A DNA stretch of 64,000 nt from Woeseiaceae bacterium (GTDB lineage Bacteria > Pseudomonadota > Gammaproteobacteria > Steroidobacterales > Woeseiaceae), in contig JASJBB010000008.1 of assembly GCA_030066735.1 (NCBI GenBank), positions 826-64,825 of the forward strand. The letters are read 5' to 3'. The translations under genes and the position numbers were made by a program. Every line of letters begins with the position of its first letter. The stretch's first letter is position 1. Below are positions 51,011-63,940 of the stretch, piece by piece. The notes beneath the pieces are model-generated. The model did not search any database, was not told where the DNA came from, and saw nothing but the letters and a program-made list of their open reading frames with translations.

Positions 51011-52231
51011 ATGAGAAGCGCAAACCCGGAAAAGCCGAACACGGCGCTCGTCCTCCCGGGCGGCGGAGCCCGCGGAGCGTTTCAGGTCGGTGTTCTCAAG
51101 GCCATGGCCGAACTCGTTCCCAAGGGCACGCCCAATCCCTTCGACGTCATCAGCGGCACGTCCGCCGGGGCCGTCAACTCGGTCGTTCTGGCGAGCAAGG
51201 CCAACCGGTTCCGCGTGGCGGTCGCGGAACTGGACCGCGTGTGGCGCAATTTCCGCTGCGAGCAGGTCTTCAGGACCGACAACTGGACGATGTTCAAGAG
51301 CAGCCTTCACTGGCTGACCGCGATCGTGCTCGGCGGGTTCCTCGTGGGCACCCCGAAATCGCTGCTCGACAATTCACCGCTACGTGCACTGTTGAGCCGC
51401 AACGTGCGGTTTCCGCGCATCCAGAATGCCATCGACTCGGGCTGGCTCGACGCGGTGGCGGTTACCGCGGCCAGCTACGAGACGGCGCGGTCGACGTCGT
51501 TTTTCCAGGGGTCGCGGCGGCACCACGGCTGGTCGCGCACTCGGCGGGTCGGGATTCCCGGTAACCTGCATCTCGACCACCTGATGGCCAGTATCGCGGT
51601 ACCCATGATTTTTCCCCCGCAGCTTGTCAACGGCGGCTATTTCGGAGACGGCGCCATGCGCCAGGCCACGCCGCTGAGTCCGGCCGTGCACCTCGGCGCC
51701 GACCGCATCCTGGTCGTCGGCGTACGTGACGAGACGGCGGACGAGCAGGTCGATCCCGGGGTCAGGCCGGAACACCCGAGTTTCGCGCAGATTGCGGGTT
51801 ACATGCTGGACACGCTGTTCATGGACGGTCTGTACTCGGACCTCGAGCGCATGACCCGCATCAACCAGCTCATCGACTCGGTGCCCGCGGATTCTCGCAA
51901 GGGCTCCCTGTCCCGAATGCGGGCCATCGACACGATGCTGATCGTGCCCAGTGAGGACCTGCGAGTCATCGCGCACAGGCACCGCAGGCGTTTGCCGTTC
52001 GCGCTGCGATCGCTGCTGCATGGCGTCGGCGGCCGGGGGTCGGGGGAGAACCGGCTGGTCAGCTACCTGTTGTTCGAACAGGCTTACACGCGCGAACTGA
52101 TCGACCTCGGTTACAAAGATGCGATGAAGGTTAAAGACGAACTACGGGACTTCATCAGCGGCGCTGACGTGCCAAGACTGTTTGCGCCGTCCTGGATCCG
52201 CAAGGACCTCAGCGCGTTTCATACCGACTAG
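51011..52231 (+). CDS. patatin-like phospholipase
   Basis: LPGGGARGAF oxyanion motif; GTSAGA serine lipase motif; DGAM Asp motif. Confidence 0.83.
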   Translation: MRSANPEKPNTALVLPGGGARGAFQVGVLKAMAELVPKGTPNPFDVISGTSAGAVNSVVLASKANRFRVAVAELDRVWRNFRCEQVFRTDNWTMFKSSLHWLTAIVLGGFLVGTPKSLLDNSPLRALLSRNVRFPRIQNAIDSGWLDAVAVTAASYETARSTSFFQGSRRHHGWSRTRRVGIPGNLHLDHLMASIAVPMIFPPQLVNGGYFGDGAMRQATPLSPAVHLGADRILVVGVRDETADEQVDPGVRPEHPSFAQIAGYMLDTLFMDGLYSDLERMTRINQLIDSVPADSRKGSLSRMRAIDTMLIVPSEDLRVIAHRHRRRLPFALRSLLHGVGGRGSGENRLVSYLLFEQAYTRELIDLGYKDAMKVKDELRDFISGADVPRLFAPSWIRKDLSAFHTD

Positions 52232-53577
52232 AGCAGTAACACTGCGCCCAGGCCGAGGAATGCCATGTATCCGATCACGTCGGTGACCGTGGTCAGTACG
52301 ACGCCGCCGGCCAGTGCAGGGTCGATGTTCATGCGCTTGAGCGTCAACGGGATCATAAAGCCGGCGAGAGCCGCCACGACCAGGTTGATGATCATAGCGG
52401 CGCCAATCACGCCGCCGATGCGCCAGTCACCGAACCAGAGATACGTAAACGCGGCGACGACCACGGCCCAGCCCAGGCCGTTGAGTACGCCGACGGCAAG
52501 TTCCTTGCGCAGCATTCTCTTGGCGTTGGTACGGTCGATCTGGCCCAGCGCCATTGCACGCGTGATCACGGTCAGAGACTGCATGCCGGCGACGCCGCCC
52601 ATGCTCGGAACCACCGGCATCAGCACGGCGAGCAACACGATCTTGTCGATGGTGTCCTGGAAGAGATCGACGACGGAAGCCGCGAGAAACGCCGTGAACA
52701 GGTTGACGCCCAGCCACAGCGCGCGCCGGGTCGTGCTCTTGACGACCGGCGCGAACATGTCGTCTTCTTCGTCGAGGCCCGCGGCGCTCATCAGCGAGTG
52801 TTCCGCCTCGTCGCGAATAACGTCGACGACGTCGTCGACCGTTATTCGGCCCACCACCCGGTAGTCATCGTCGACGACGGGCGCCGACAGCAGGTCACGG
52901 TTCTCGAATTCCCAGACTACTTCCGTCGACGGCGTGTGTGCCGGTATCGGCTGGTTGTCGGTCGACATGACTTCGGCAACAAGCGTCTCGTCGTCCGCGG
53001 TCAGCAGCCGGGAAAGAAACAGGGATCCGACATAACGGTTGTCACGATCGACGACGAAAACGGAATCGGTCCCGTCGGTCATCTCGCCGCGGGCCCGCAG
53101 GTAGCGGCAGACGACTTCGAGGGTAACATCGGGACGCACCGTCACGATGTCGACATTCATCAGGCCGCCGGCGCTGTCCTCGTCATACGACAACACCTGC
53201 CGCAGGCGCTCTTCGTCCTGGTCGTCCAGCGATTGCAGGACTTCCTGGGTGACGGTCTCCGGGAGGTCGATGAGCAGGTCGGCCAGGTCATCGAGTTCCA
53301 TGCCGTCGAGAGCCGCCAGCAGCTGCTCGGTGTTCATGCCCTCGATGAGTCCGTCGCGAACCTCATCGGAGACTTCGACGAGAACGTCGCCCTCGTCCTC
53401 GGAGTCGACCATGTCCCAGAGGACGGCGCGCTCACGCGGAGGAAGGGACTCGAGCAGCCGGCCGACCTCGGCCGGGTGCAGGCTGTGCACCATCAGCCGG
53501 GCAGACCGCATACCGCCGCTGTCGAGCTGTTCGCGCAACAGTTGCAGGCTGGACTGTTTTTGCTCTCTCGACTCCAC
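52228..53577 (-). CDS. mgtE: magnesium transporter MgtE
   Basis: MgtE N-domain, CBS pair, and C-terminal TM domain with the PLTLKRMNIDPALAGGVVLTTVTDV motif. Confidence 0.92.
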   Translation of the reverse strand: MESREQKQSSLQLLREQLDSGGMRSARLMVHSLHPAEVGRLLESLPPRERAVLWDMVDSEDEGDVLVEVSDEVRDGLIEGMNTEQLLAALDGMELDDLADLLIDLPETVTQEVLQSLDDQDEERLRQVLSYDEDSAGGLMNVDIVTVRPDVTLEVVCRYLRARGEMTDGTDSVFVVDRDNRYVGSLFLSRLLTADDETLVAEVMSTDNQPIPAHTPSTEVVWEFENRDLLSAPVVDDDYRVVGRITVDDVVDVIRDEAEHSLMSAAGLDEEDDMFAPVVKSTTRRALWLGVNLFTAFLAASVVDLFQDTIDKIVLLAVLMPVVPSMGGVAGMQSLTVITRAMALGQIDRTNAKRMLRKELAVGVLNGLGWAVVVAAFTYLWFGDWRIGGVIGAAMIINLVVAALAGFMIPLTLKRMNIDPALAGGVVLTTVTDVIGYMAFLGLGAVLLL

Positions 53578-53625
53578 TCGCGGCGCCCCCGGAAATCTAG
53601 GCGGGAGTGTAACCGGGATGGGGCG

Positions 53626-54504
53626 CTACGTCTTGCTCAGGGGATGGCGGCCGAGCTCGTTGTGCCGCGTCAGTACCGCATCATGTGAGGCTCGGAGCGC
53701 AGCGGCGAGCTTTTCGGTCATGTAGACCGAACGATGCTGGCCGCCGGTGCAGCCGATCGCAACGGTCAGGTAGTTGCGATGCACGGACTTGTAATGCGGT
53801 ATCCACCGCTGCAGGAAGCCGAGAATGTCGTCGTACATCCCGAGGAACGACTCCTGTGCGTCGAGGAACTCGGTCACTTCCTTGTCGCGGCCCGTCAGGC
53901 CGCGCAGTTCGAGCGTCCAATACGGGTTCGGCAAGCTGCGCATGTCGAAGACGAAGTCGGCGCCGGCCGGCATGCCGTACTTGAAGCCGAACGATTCGAT
54001 GAGGATAGACAGAGTCCCCATCCGCCGCCGGTCGATGCGTTCCCGAATCGCGTCTCCCAACTCGTAAACGCTCGTGCGCGAGGTATCGATGATCAGGTCA
54101 GCGGCGTTGACGACGGGCGACAGCATTTCGCGCTCTTCCGCTATTGCGGCGCGCAACGCGGTCCCATGCTCGGCGAGAGGGTGCCGCCGGCGCGACTCAC
54201 TGTATCGCTGGAGCAGGATGTCGTCGCTCGATTGCAGGTAGAGCAGTTCCGTCTGGATGTCCTGGTCCTGAAGCTCGGCGACCAGCGCCGGCAGCGACTC
54301 GAGCCCCTCCTGGCGATTGCGGGCATCGATACCGACGGCCATCAGGTTGATCGCGTCGTCGCTGCGGGAGGCGACCTCGTCGATAGCCGCCTTGATCAGT
54401 GCGGCCGGCAGATTGTCGATGCAGTAATAGCCGAGATCTTCGAGGACATGCAATGCAACGGACTTGCCCGATCCCGACAATCCACTGACGATGATCAGCC
54501 GCAT
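53626..54504 (-). CDS. rapZ: RNase adapter protein RapZ
   Basis: MRLIIVSGLSGSGKSVALHVLEDLGYYCIDNLP...DMRSLPNP...IGCTGGQHRSV. Confidence 0.92.
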   Translation of the reverse strand: MRLIIVSGLSGSGKSVALHVLEDLGYYCIDNLPAALIKAAIDEVASRSDDAINLMAVGIDARNRQEGLESLPALVAELQDQDIQTELLYLQSSDDILLQRYSESRRRHPLAEHGTALRAAIAEEREMLSPVVNAADLIIDTSRTSVYELGDAIRERIDRRRMGTLSILIESFGFKYGMPAGADFVFDMRSLPNPYWTLELRGLTGRDKEVTEFLDAQESFLGMYDDILGFLQRWIPHYKSVHRNYLTVAIGCTGGQHRSVYMTEKLAAALRASHDAVLTRHNELGRHPLSKT

Positions 54505-54941
54505 AAGGCTTCGTAGAGCTCTTTGCTCGACGCGGCGGCACGCAATCTCTCGCGCAGCTCGCGGTCGGCCAGCAACTCCGGAATCGCGTGGATGTTCGCC
54601 TGGTCCTGTTCGTTAATCTCGGCCGGAACGATCATGCCGAAGACGAGATCGACAGCTACGCCATCGAGTGCGTCGAACTCGACAGGCTCGCTGAGTTTCA
54701 TTAATGCGCCAATGCTGGTGTCCAGTCCATCGGTGCGGCAGTGCGGGAACGCCACGCCCTGGTCCAGGCTCGTGCAACCCAGGCGTTCGCGCTCGATCAG
54801 GCCGGAGAACACGTCCTCGCTCGCTATCTCCGGGCGGGGGCGTACGAGCAACTCGCTGAGGATTTCGAGACAGTGCTTCTTGCTGCGTGCGTGCGCATTG
54901 CACAGCACACTGTCCGGCTTGATGATGTCTTCGAGCAGCAT
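54495..54941 (-). CDS. ptsN: PTS IIA-like nitrogen regulatory protein PtsN
   Basis: KKHCLEILSELL...GVAFPHCR carries the phosphorylatable His context. Position between hpf and rapZ. Start trimmed to MLLEDII at 54941. Confidence 0.85.
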   Translation of the reverse strand: MLLEDIIKPDSVLCNAHARSKKHCLEILSELLVRPRPEIASEDVFSGLIERERLGCTSLDQGVAFPHCRTDGLDTSIGALMKLSEPVEFDALDGVAVDLVFGMIVPAEINEQDQANIHAIPELLADRELRERLRAAASSKELYEALCG

Positions 54942-54958
54942 TGGCTTCGGGGAAACGG

Positions 54959-54984
54959 CCCGTGCGACAGGGCTGTCGCACGGG
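54959..54984 (-). other. strong stem-loop in the hpf-ptsN spacer
   Basis: cccgtgcgacag (54959-54970) pairs perfectly with ctgtcgcacggg (54973-54984). It lies 13 nt after the hpf stop and 18 nt before the ptsN ATG. Only a weak U-tract follows on the minus strand. Confidence 0.6.
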
Positions 54985-54996
54985 TCGGTTGTGAGG

Positions 54997-55314
54997 TTAG
55001 CGGTTGATCTTGTGGGCTTCTCTTGCGCGGTGGTCAACGAGTTTTTCCTTGTATTTCCTGACACGCCTCTCAAGCTTGTCGACAAGACCGTCAATCGCCG
55101 CGTACATATCGCCTTCCGTGTTATCGGCGTAGATTGTACCGCCATTGACGTTGACCCTGGCTTCCGCCTTGTGACGCAGTTTCTCGACCGTGAGGATACA
55201 GTTCACATCGGATACGACATCAAAATGCCGCTCGATTTTTTCAATCTTGGATTCGACGTATCCCCTGAGTGCATCGGTAACTTCGATGTGATGGCCTGAA
55301 ACATTAAGTTGCAT
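54997..55314 (-). CDS. hpf: ribosome hibernation promoting factor
   Basis: MQLNVSGHHIEVTDALRGYV..K..K..RHF......V.L...K....AE..V...G. Start at 55314, with GGAG 6 nt upstream. Confidence 0.9.
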   Translation of the reverse strand: MQLNVSGHHIEVTDALRGYVESKIEKIERHFDVVSDVNCILTVEKLRHKAEARVNVNGGTIYADNTEGDMYAAIDGLVDKLERRVRKYKEKLVDHRAREAHKINR

Positions 55315-55395
55315 AGTGTTCTCCAATACTTCTAATTCTCTGGAAACGAATTACAGTGGATCCGGACCTCCTTGCGGTTGGTGAGTGCTTCCTTC

Positions 55396-56802
55396 TCATG
55401 CCGAGCGTTTCCTGCGTTCGCTCGACGACGGGATATTCATGGCCTCACGGTACTTCGCCACCGTCCGCCTCGCAACTGTTACGCCCTGCTCGCCGAGCAG
55501 GTTGGCGATTTTGCTGTCGCTGAGCGGCTTGGCCGGGTTTTCGGCCCCGATCAACTTGCGGATCTTGGCGCGCACCGACGTTGAAGACTGGTCCTCGCCG
55601 TCCACCGAGGACAGGTGCGAGGAGAAGAAATACTTGAATTCGAACACGCCTCGCGGCGTGTGCATGTACTTGTTGGTCGTTACACGCGAGATCGTTGATT
55701 CGTGCATGCCCACTTCCTCGGCCACATCCCGCAGGACCATGGGCTTCATTGCCTCGTCGCCATGCTCAAGAAATGCGGTTTGCCGGCTGACAATGCAAGT
55801 GGCGACTTTCATCAGCGTCTCGTTGCGAATTTCGAGGCTCCGTATCAGCCAGCGGGCTTCCTGCAACTGGGAACGCAGAACGTCGTGGTCGCCGCTGCCC
55901 CGCAGCAGGCGCGCGTATTGCTGGTTGACGGACAGGCGAGGTACGCCGGTCGGGCTGATTTCCACGACCCAGCGCTTGTCGACCTTGCGCACGAAGACAT
56001 CGGGAATGACGTATTCCGCGGCCGCGGGACTGACGGCCAGCCCGGGTTTGGGATTGCAGGCCTTGATCAGCGCCAGCGCGTCATGCAAATCCTCGTCGGT
56101 CGTGCGCAGGTCCCGGCGCAACTCGCCGAAGCACTGGCTGGCGATCAGGTCGAGGTGCTGGTCGGCCAGTTGCGTCGCCAGTTCGAGTCCGGGCGTCGAG
56201 TCGTCGAGTTGCTGCAGCTGCAGGATGATGCACTCGGAGATCGAACGCGCGCCCACGCCGGCCGGGTCCAGCCGCTGCACGAGCTGCAGAGTCTCCTCGA
56301 CTTCCCCGGTCGAGAAACCCGAGTCGGCGTCGAGGCTGGCGAGAATCTCGTCGAGTTCCGCGTCGAGATAGCCATCGTCGTTGATGGAGTCGACAATCGC
56401 CTCGCCGATCACGGCCTGGCGCGGCGTGAAATGCTCCATCTCGAGCTGCCACAGCAGGTGTTCGCGCAGGGTCTGGCCCGACTGGTCGGCAAACTCGGTG
56501 AGCGGCCGTCCTTCGCCGTTCCAGCCGCCGTCCTGCACGCGTTCCGCGGAACGCTGCTGCCACATGTCCTCGGCCCGGATGGCCTCGACCTCGGCCGTGG
56601 TCTCGGCGCCTGTCTGCGGGACGTCGGGCAGGTCCTCCATCTCCAGCATGATGTTTTCTTCGAGCGCGTCCTGTATCTGGGCATTGAGGTCCAGAACGGG
56701 CAGCTGCAGCAGGCGAATGGCCTGTTGCAACTGCGGCGTCATGGTCAATGACTGCCCGAGTTTGAGTTGCAAGGACGGTTTAAGCATCAGCTGTGGCGCC
56801 AC
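55396..56802 (-). CDS. rpoN: RNA polymerase sigma-54 factor
   Basis: LTMTPQLQQAIRLLQL region I; C-terminal RpoN box (ARRTVAKYRE). GTG at 56802, or more likely ATG at 56787 (MLKPSLQLKL). Confidence 0.93.
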   Translation of the reverse strand: MAPQLMLKPSLQLKLGQSLTMTPQLQQAIRLLQLPVLDLNAQIQDALEENIMLEMEDLPDVPQTGAETTAEVEAIRAEDMWQQRSAERVQDGGWNGEGRPLTEFADQSGQTLREHLLWQLEMEHFTPRQAVIGEAIVDSINDDGYLDAELDEILASLDADSGFSTGEVEETLQLVQRLDPAGVGARSISECIILQLQQLDDSTPGLELATQLADQHLDLIASQCFGELRRDLRTTDEDLHDALALIKACNPKPGLAVSPAAAEYVIPDVFVRKVDKRWVVEISPTGVPRLSVNQQYARLLRGSGDHDVLRSQLQEARWLIRSLEIRNETLMKVATCIVSRQTAFLEHGDEAMKPMVLRDVAEEVGMHESTISRVTTNKYMHTPRGVFEFKYFFSSHLSSVDGEDQSSTSVRAKIRKLIGAENPAKPLSDSKIANLLGEQGVTVARRTVAKYREAMNIPSSSERRKRSA

Positions 56803-56838
56803 ATGGCGCTTGCCCGCAAACGATGTGCCCAGTTTGCC

Positions 56839-57564
56839 TCAGAGTTTGAACTCCTGTCCGAGATACACCTCTCGGACATGATGATTTTCGAGTATCTCTC
56901 CAGGCGAGCCCGAAGCGATCAGGCTTCCATCACTGAGTATATAGGCTCTGCCACAAATTCCGAGCGTTTCCCGGACATTATGGTCAGTGATCAGCACCCC
57001 GATGTCGCGCTCGGACAAGTGCTTGATAATGCGCTGGATATCGAGCACCGAAATCGGGTCTACGCCGGCAAACGGTTCATCGAGCAGCACAAACAGCGGA
57101 TTGGCGGCCAGCGCACGGGCGATTTCCACGCGGCGCCGCTCGCCGCCCGACAGGCTGATGCCCAGGCTCGTGCGTACATGCCCGACATGCAGTTCGTCCA
57201 GCAGCGTCTCGAGCTCTTCTTCCCGGCCGGCCTGGTCCAGGTCGTCACGATACTCGAGTATCGCGAGGATGTTCTGCTCCACGGTCAGCTTGCGGAAAAT
57301 GGACGCCTCCTGGGGCAGGTAGCCAACGCCGAGCTTGGCGCGGCGGTGCATGGGCTGGGCCGTCAGGTCCTGGCCGTCCAGCAGGATGGTGCCGCTATCC
57401 GCAGAGATCAGACCGACGATCATGTAGAACGCGGTCGTCTTGCCCGCGCCGTTCGGGCCGAGCAATCCCACGACTTCGCCGCTGCGGATTTCGAGCGACA
57501 GGTTCTTGACGACTTTGCGGAGTTTGAAGCTCTTGGAGATATCCTGAGCGCTGAGGATACTCAT
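56839..57564 (-). CDS. lptB: LPS export ABC transporter ATP-binding protein
   Basis: [38 protein letters not shown]; position between lptA and rpoN. Confidence 0.95.
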   Translation of the reverse strand: MSILSAQDISKSFKLRKVVKNLSLEIRSGEVVGLLGPNGAGKTTAFYMIVGLISADSGTILLDGQDLTAQPMHRRAKLGVGYLPQEASIFRKLTVEQNILAILEYRDDLDQAGREEELETLLDELHVGHVRTSLGISLSGGERRRVEIARALAANPLFVLLDEPFAGVDPISVLDIQRIIKHLSERDIGVLITDHNVRETLGICGRAYILSDGSLIASGSPGEILENHHVREVYLGQEFKL

Positions 57565-58172
57565 GACGATTCGTCTTCCGACGGAACCTGTTCCTCGATG
57601 GTCTCGGGAATGACCGTGATCTTGACCTTTTCATCGCCCTCGCCGGAAGACTGGGCGCTGATTCGCTGCTCGGTGATGTTGTACAACAGGTAGCTGGAGG
57701 AGATGCGGTTGCCACCTTCGGTAATCACGGCCTGGTCGGAAAATTCCACCGTGCCGGCATCGAGGTCGTACTTGAGCTTGCCGGCCTGGGCGTAGGTGAT
57801 CTCCTCACTGTCCGGGCGCTGCAGTTCGAAGGTTGCCGGAGCGCCCTCGAAAATCGCCAGTCTCAGCTGGGTGTCCTTGAAGCGCAGTTCGGCCGAGTCG
57901 CTCTCGATGTGACCGGCCTCGACGTCGATGACGACGTTGCCGTTGAAATGCCAGGTACTGTCCTCGAAGTCAATTTTCGTCGCGCGGCCCTCATCCGCCT
58001 CGATGTTGGTCGTGCCCTGCGAGAGTCGCAGCCCCTGGAACATCATCATCGAACTCTTGCCGTCGTAATCGGTGGAGTCCGCTGCCAGGGTGATGGGCAG
58101 GCGCAGGTCACCGGACTGCGCGGCCGCGAGCCCGGACAGCAAGATCAATGCGTAGAGGAAGCGGATCTTCAT
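57561..58172 (-). CDS. lptA: LPS transport periplasmic protein LptA
   Basis: Signal peptide; OstA-like beta-jellyroll repeat pattern; synteny lptC-lptA-lptB. Confidence 0.83.
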   Translation of the reverse strand: MKIRFLYALILLSGLAAAQSGDLRLPITLAADSTDYDGKSSMMMFQGLRLSQGTTNIEADEGRATKIDFEDSTWHFNGNVVIDVEAGHIESDSAELRFKDTQLRLAIFEGAPATFELQRPDSEEITYAQAGKLKYDLDAGTVEFSDQAVITEGGNRISSSYLLYNITEQRISAQSSGEGDEKVKITVIPETIEEQVPSEDESS

Positions 58173-58188
58173 CGGATACGTAAGCCTG

Positions 58189-58749
58189 CTAGGGCGCGAA
58201 CTTGCCGCGCACGTTCGATTTCAGTTTGACCTGGTTATCCTGCAACGATGCTAGCATGCCGGTCGCCGTCAGGCTCCGCTCGCCAATGCGAATCTGGACG
58301 CGCTCGTCGGTCTCGGCCAGGAATTCTTCCGGGTAAATCTCGAGGTACTCGGTCCGGATTTCCGTTTCGCTTCCCGCGAATCCCTCGCGGCTGATGGCGC
58401 GCACCTGGCCTTCGAGCAGTACGACCTGCTCGTCGGCATAAATGGTCGCAAGGTCGGCGTTGACGCTCCACGGCACATCGGACTGTGGCGAGTAGTCGAG
58501 GTGAACGTCGGTAAACGCGATCCTGTCCTGGTCAAGCTGCTCGGCTTCAAGGGCTTCGAGCTCGTACAACAGTGTGCCGTCCGGGCCGGTACCGAGAATC
58601 CGGGCGGATTTCAGATAGTAGCCGCGGTGCGACTGGCCGGTCGCCGGGGTCGAGATCTCTTCATCGGATGAGGGCTGCGACAGGTACCAGCTGGCAATCG
58701 CGGCCGCTGCCAGCACGGCGATAGCCAGCCATTCGCGCGGCGACATCAT
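58189..58749 (-). CDS. lptC: LPS export system protein LptC
   Basis: Single N-terminal TM anchor (WLAIAVLAAAAIASWYL), about 186 aa. The ATG at 58749 overlaps the kdsC stop (ATGA). Synteny supports the call. Confidence 0.78.
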   Translation of the reverse strand: MMSPREWLAIAVLAAAAIASWYLSQPSSDEEISTPATGQSHRGYYLKSARILGTGPDGTLLYELEALEAEQLDQDRIAFTDVHLDYSPQSDVPWSVNADLATIYADEQVVLLEGQVRAISREGFAGSETEIRTEYLEIYPEEFLAETDERVQIRIGERSLTATGMLASLQDNQVKLKSNVRGKFAP

Positions 58750-59243
58750 GCGTCGGAACCGGCGCCCAGCACGAGTTCGCAGACTTCGCGAACCGCCCCG
58801 GCGCCGCCGGCCGCCGTGGTCGTGTAGTCGCAATGCTCGCGCACTTCCGCAACGGCGTTCGCCACGGCAACGGAGAATCCAACGGCCTGCAGTAACGGCA
58901 GGTCCGGTATGTCATCGCCCACGAAGGCGCACTGCTCGCTGGTCAGGCGCAGCGTCGCCAGCAGATCGTCGAGCGCAGCCACCTTGTCGCGGCATCCCTG
59001 GATGACGTGGGCGACGCCCAGTTCCGCCATCCGGCGTTCGACGGCGCCTGACCGGCGGCCGCTGATGACAGCGACCTCGATACCGGCGTTGATCAATTTG
59101 CGGATTCCGAATCCGTCCTGGGTATGAAACGCCTTGGACTCGACGCCGTCGTCGGACAGGTAAAACCGGCCGTCCGTGAAGACCCCGTCCACGTCGAACG
59201 CGACGAGACGGATGCCGGCGAGCGTCGGACCGGGCCCGCTCAC
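58746..59243 (-). CDS. kdsC: 3-deoxy-D-manno-octulosonate 8-phosphate phosphatase
   Basis: HAD motif FDVDGVFTDG...; DGFGI; VGDDIPDL. Confidence 0.9.
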   Translation of the reverse strand: MSGPGPTLAGIRLVAFDVDGVFTDGRFYLSDDGVESKAFHTQDGFGIRKLINAGIEVAVISGRRSGAVERRMAELGVAHVIQGCRDKVAALDDLLATLRLTSEQCAFVGDDIPDLPLLQAVGFSVAVANAVAEVREHCDYTTTAAGGAGAVREVCELVLGAGSDA

Positions 59244-60223
59244 ATGATCCCCGCGCGAAACAGGTCGTGAACGTTCAATGCGCCGACCAGGTGGTTGTTT
59301 TCATCGGCAACCAGCAGCGATGTGATCTTGTTTTCTTCCATCAGGTGCACGGCCTCTACCGCGAGGTCTTCCGAGGGGATCGTCTTGGCCTTCTCGTGCA
59401 TCACTTCCTGCATCGCGGTCTTGCGCACGTCGACGCCGGCATCGAGAGCCCGGCGCAGGTCGCCATCGGTGAAGATCCCGAGGACGAGATCATCGGCGTC
59501 GACGATGGCCGTCATGCCAAGTCCCTTCTGGGTCATTTCGAGGAGGCCTTCGCTGAGCAGAACGTCGGGCGTCACCTTGGGAACTTCTTTGCCGGTGCGC
59601 ATCACGTCCGCGACGCGCAGCAGCAGGCGCTTGCCGAGGCTTCCGCTCGGGTGCGACATCGCAAAGTCCTCGGCCGTGAAACCGCGCAGCTTGAGCAGGG
59701 CGACTGCGAGGGCATCGCCCATGGCCAGCGTCGCGGTCGTGCTCGCCGTCGGAGCCAGGTTCAGCGGGCACGCCTCCTCGCTGACGCTGACGTCGAGATG
59801 GACGTCGGCGGCCTTGCCGAGCGTGGAATTCGGATTGCCGGTCATGGACAGCAGCCGGGCCCCCATGCGTTTGACCAGCGGCAGTATCGTAAGCACCTCG
59901 TCGGTCTCGCCCGAGTAGGACACCGCAAGCAACAGGTCCTGCGGCGTGATCATGCCCAGGTCGCCGTGGCTGGCCTCGCCGGGGTGCATGAAAAACGAGG
60001 GCGTCCCGGTGCTGGCGAGCGTCGCCGCTATCTTGTTACCGATATGGCCCGATTTGCCCATGCCGGTAACGACGATGCGGCCCGGCGTGCTGACGCAAAG
60101 CTCGCAGGCGGCCGCGAAGTCGTTGTTAAGCCGCTGCCGCAACGAGTCCACGGCCCGCGATTCGATGTCGAGAACCTCTGCGGCCAGCGCAATGAGTTCG
60201 TCAGATGTCAGTTCGAGCGGCAT
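59240..60223 (-). CDS. kdsD: arabinose-5-phosphate isomerase (KpsF/KdsD)
   Basis: SIS domain (GRIVVTGMGKSGHIG) followed by a tandem CBS pair. Confidence 0.93.
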   Translation of the reverse strand: MPLELTSDELIALAAEVLDIESRAVDSLRQRLNNDFAAACELCVSTPGRIVVTGMGKSGHIGNKIAATLASTGTPSFFMHPGEASHGDLGMITPQDLLLAVSYSGETDEVLTILPLVKRMGARLLSMTGNPNSTLGKAADVHLDVSVSEEACPLNLAPTASTTATLAMGDALAVALLKLRGFTAEDFAMSHPSGSLGKRLLLRVADVMRTGKEVPKVTPDVLLSEGLLEMTQKGLGMTAIVDADDLVLGIFTDGDLRRALDAGVDVRKTAMQEVMHEKAKTIPSEDLAVEAVHLMEENKITSLLVADENNHLVGALNVHDLFRAGIM

Positions 60224-60244
60224 TCACAGCCCCGATCGCCCAGG

Positions 60245-61234
60245 TCAGGGATCCATTCTAACGTTTTGCAGCACCACGTAGGTATCGTAAGCGATAAAGG
60301 CGATGAGCAGCGCCGCGCCCTCGATGCGCGACAGTTCGCTCTTGCCGTCGTAGTCATAGGTCATGGCGAACAGCACGAGCGTGAATGCGACCATGACGAA
60401 GATATGCAGCGACAGGACCGACGGCGCGGTCGATGCCGGCGCGATAGCGGCCGCAACGCCAATGACCGCGAGCAGGTTGAAGATATTCGAGCCGACGATA
60501 TTGCCGATGGCCAGGCCGTATTCACCTTTCATGGCGCTGACCAGGGAAACGGCAAGCTCGGGCAGGCTCGTGCCGAACGCGACCAGCAGTATGCCGATGA
60601 CGACTTCACTGACGCCGAGCACCTTGGCGATTTCGAGCGATGCGCCGACGAGCAGGTGGGCGCCCAGCAGCAGTGTGCCCAGTCCCGCCGCCAGCCAGAA
60701 CAACGCCATCGGCATGGATACGTCCTCGGGAATCTCGGCCTCGAAGTCCGCCTTGATCGGGTCGGTGGGAGCCGAGCGCATTCCCAGGCGCGCGAGCCAG
60801 ATCATGACGATGATCAGTCCGGTCAGCATCACAATGCCATCGACGCGGCTTAGGTAGGAATCGAGGAACAGGGATACGGTCAGCAGCGTCACGGCGAGCA
60901 GGGCGGGCATCTCGCGACGCAGCGTCGCCGACCGCAGCTGGATGGGCCGCACGATAGCAACCGCGCCCAGCACGAGGCCGATATTGACGATATTGGACCC
61001 GATCGCATTGCCGTAGGCCAGTCCTGGCTGGCCGCGCAGCGAAGCGTCGATGGAGACGAGAACCTCGGGCGCGGACGTTGCGAAGGCGACGACGGTGAGG
61101 CCGATCAGCAGCGGAGCGACCCCGAGGTTGCGCGCCGTCGCCGCCGCGCCATGCACGAAGCGGTCGGCGCCCCAAATGAGCAGCACCAGCCCGCCGATGA
61201 CGATCAGAATTTGTCCGAAGAGACCTGAGAACAT
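60245..61234 (-). CDS. yrbG: calcium/sodium antiporter (CaCA family, YrbG-like)
   Basis: Two alpha-repeats (GLTVVAFATSAPE and LVAFGTSLPE; GNIVGSNIFN/GNAIGSNIVN). Position next to kdsD. Confidence 0.85.
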   Translation of the reverse strand: MFSGLFGQILIVIGGLVLLIWGADRFVHGAAATARNLGVAPLLIGLTVVAFATSAPEVLVSIDASLRGQPGLAYGNAIGSNIVNIGLVLGAVAIVRPIQLRSATLRREMPALLAVTLLTVSLFLDSYLSRVDGIVMLTGLIIVMIWLARLGMRSAPTDPIKADFEAEIPEDVSMPMALFWLAAGLGTLLLGAHLLVGASLEIAKVLGVSEVVIGILLVAFGTSLPELAVSLVSAMKGEYGLAIGNIVGSNIFNLLAVIGVAAAIAPASTAPSVLSLHIFVMVAFTLVLFAMTYDYDGKSELSRIEGAALLIAFIAYDTYVVLQNVRMDP

Positions 61235-61351
61235 AGAAAGGGTGGCAACGTGCGCCTGTCAGGGTCGGCTATCATACACAATCGTCGCGGCGCATTGGGA
61301 AGCGACGCCTGTTCCCGGTACACTGCGCGCCCCTGAAGTAATACGCCAGAT

Positions 61352-63940
<2,589 letters not shown>

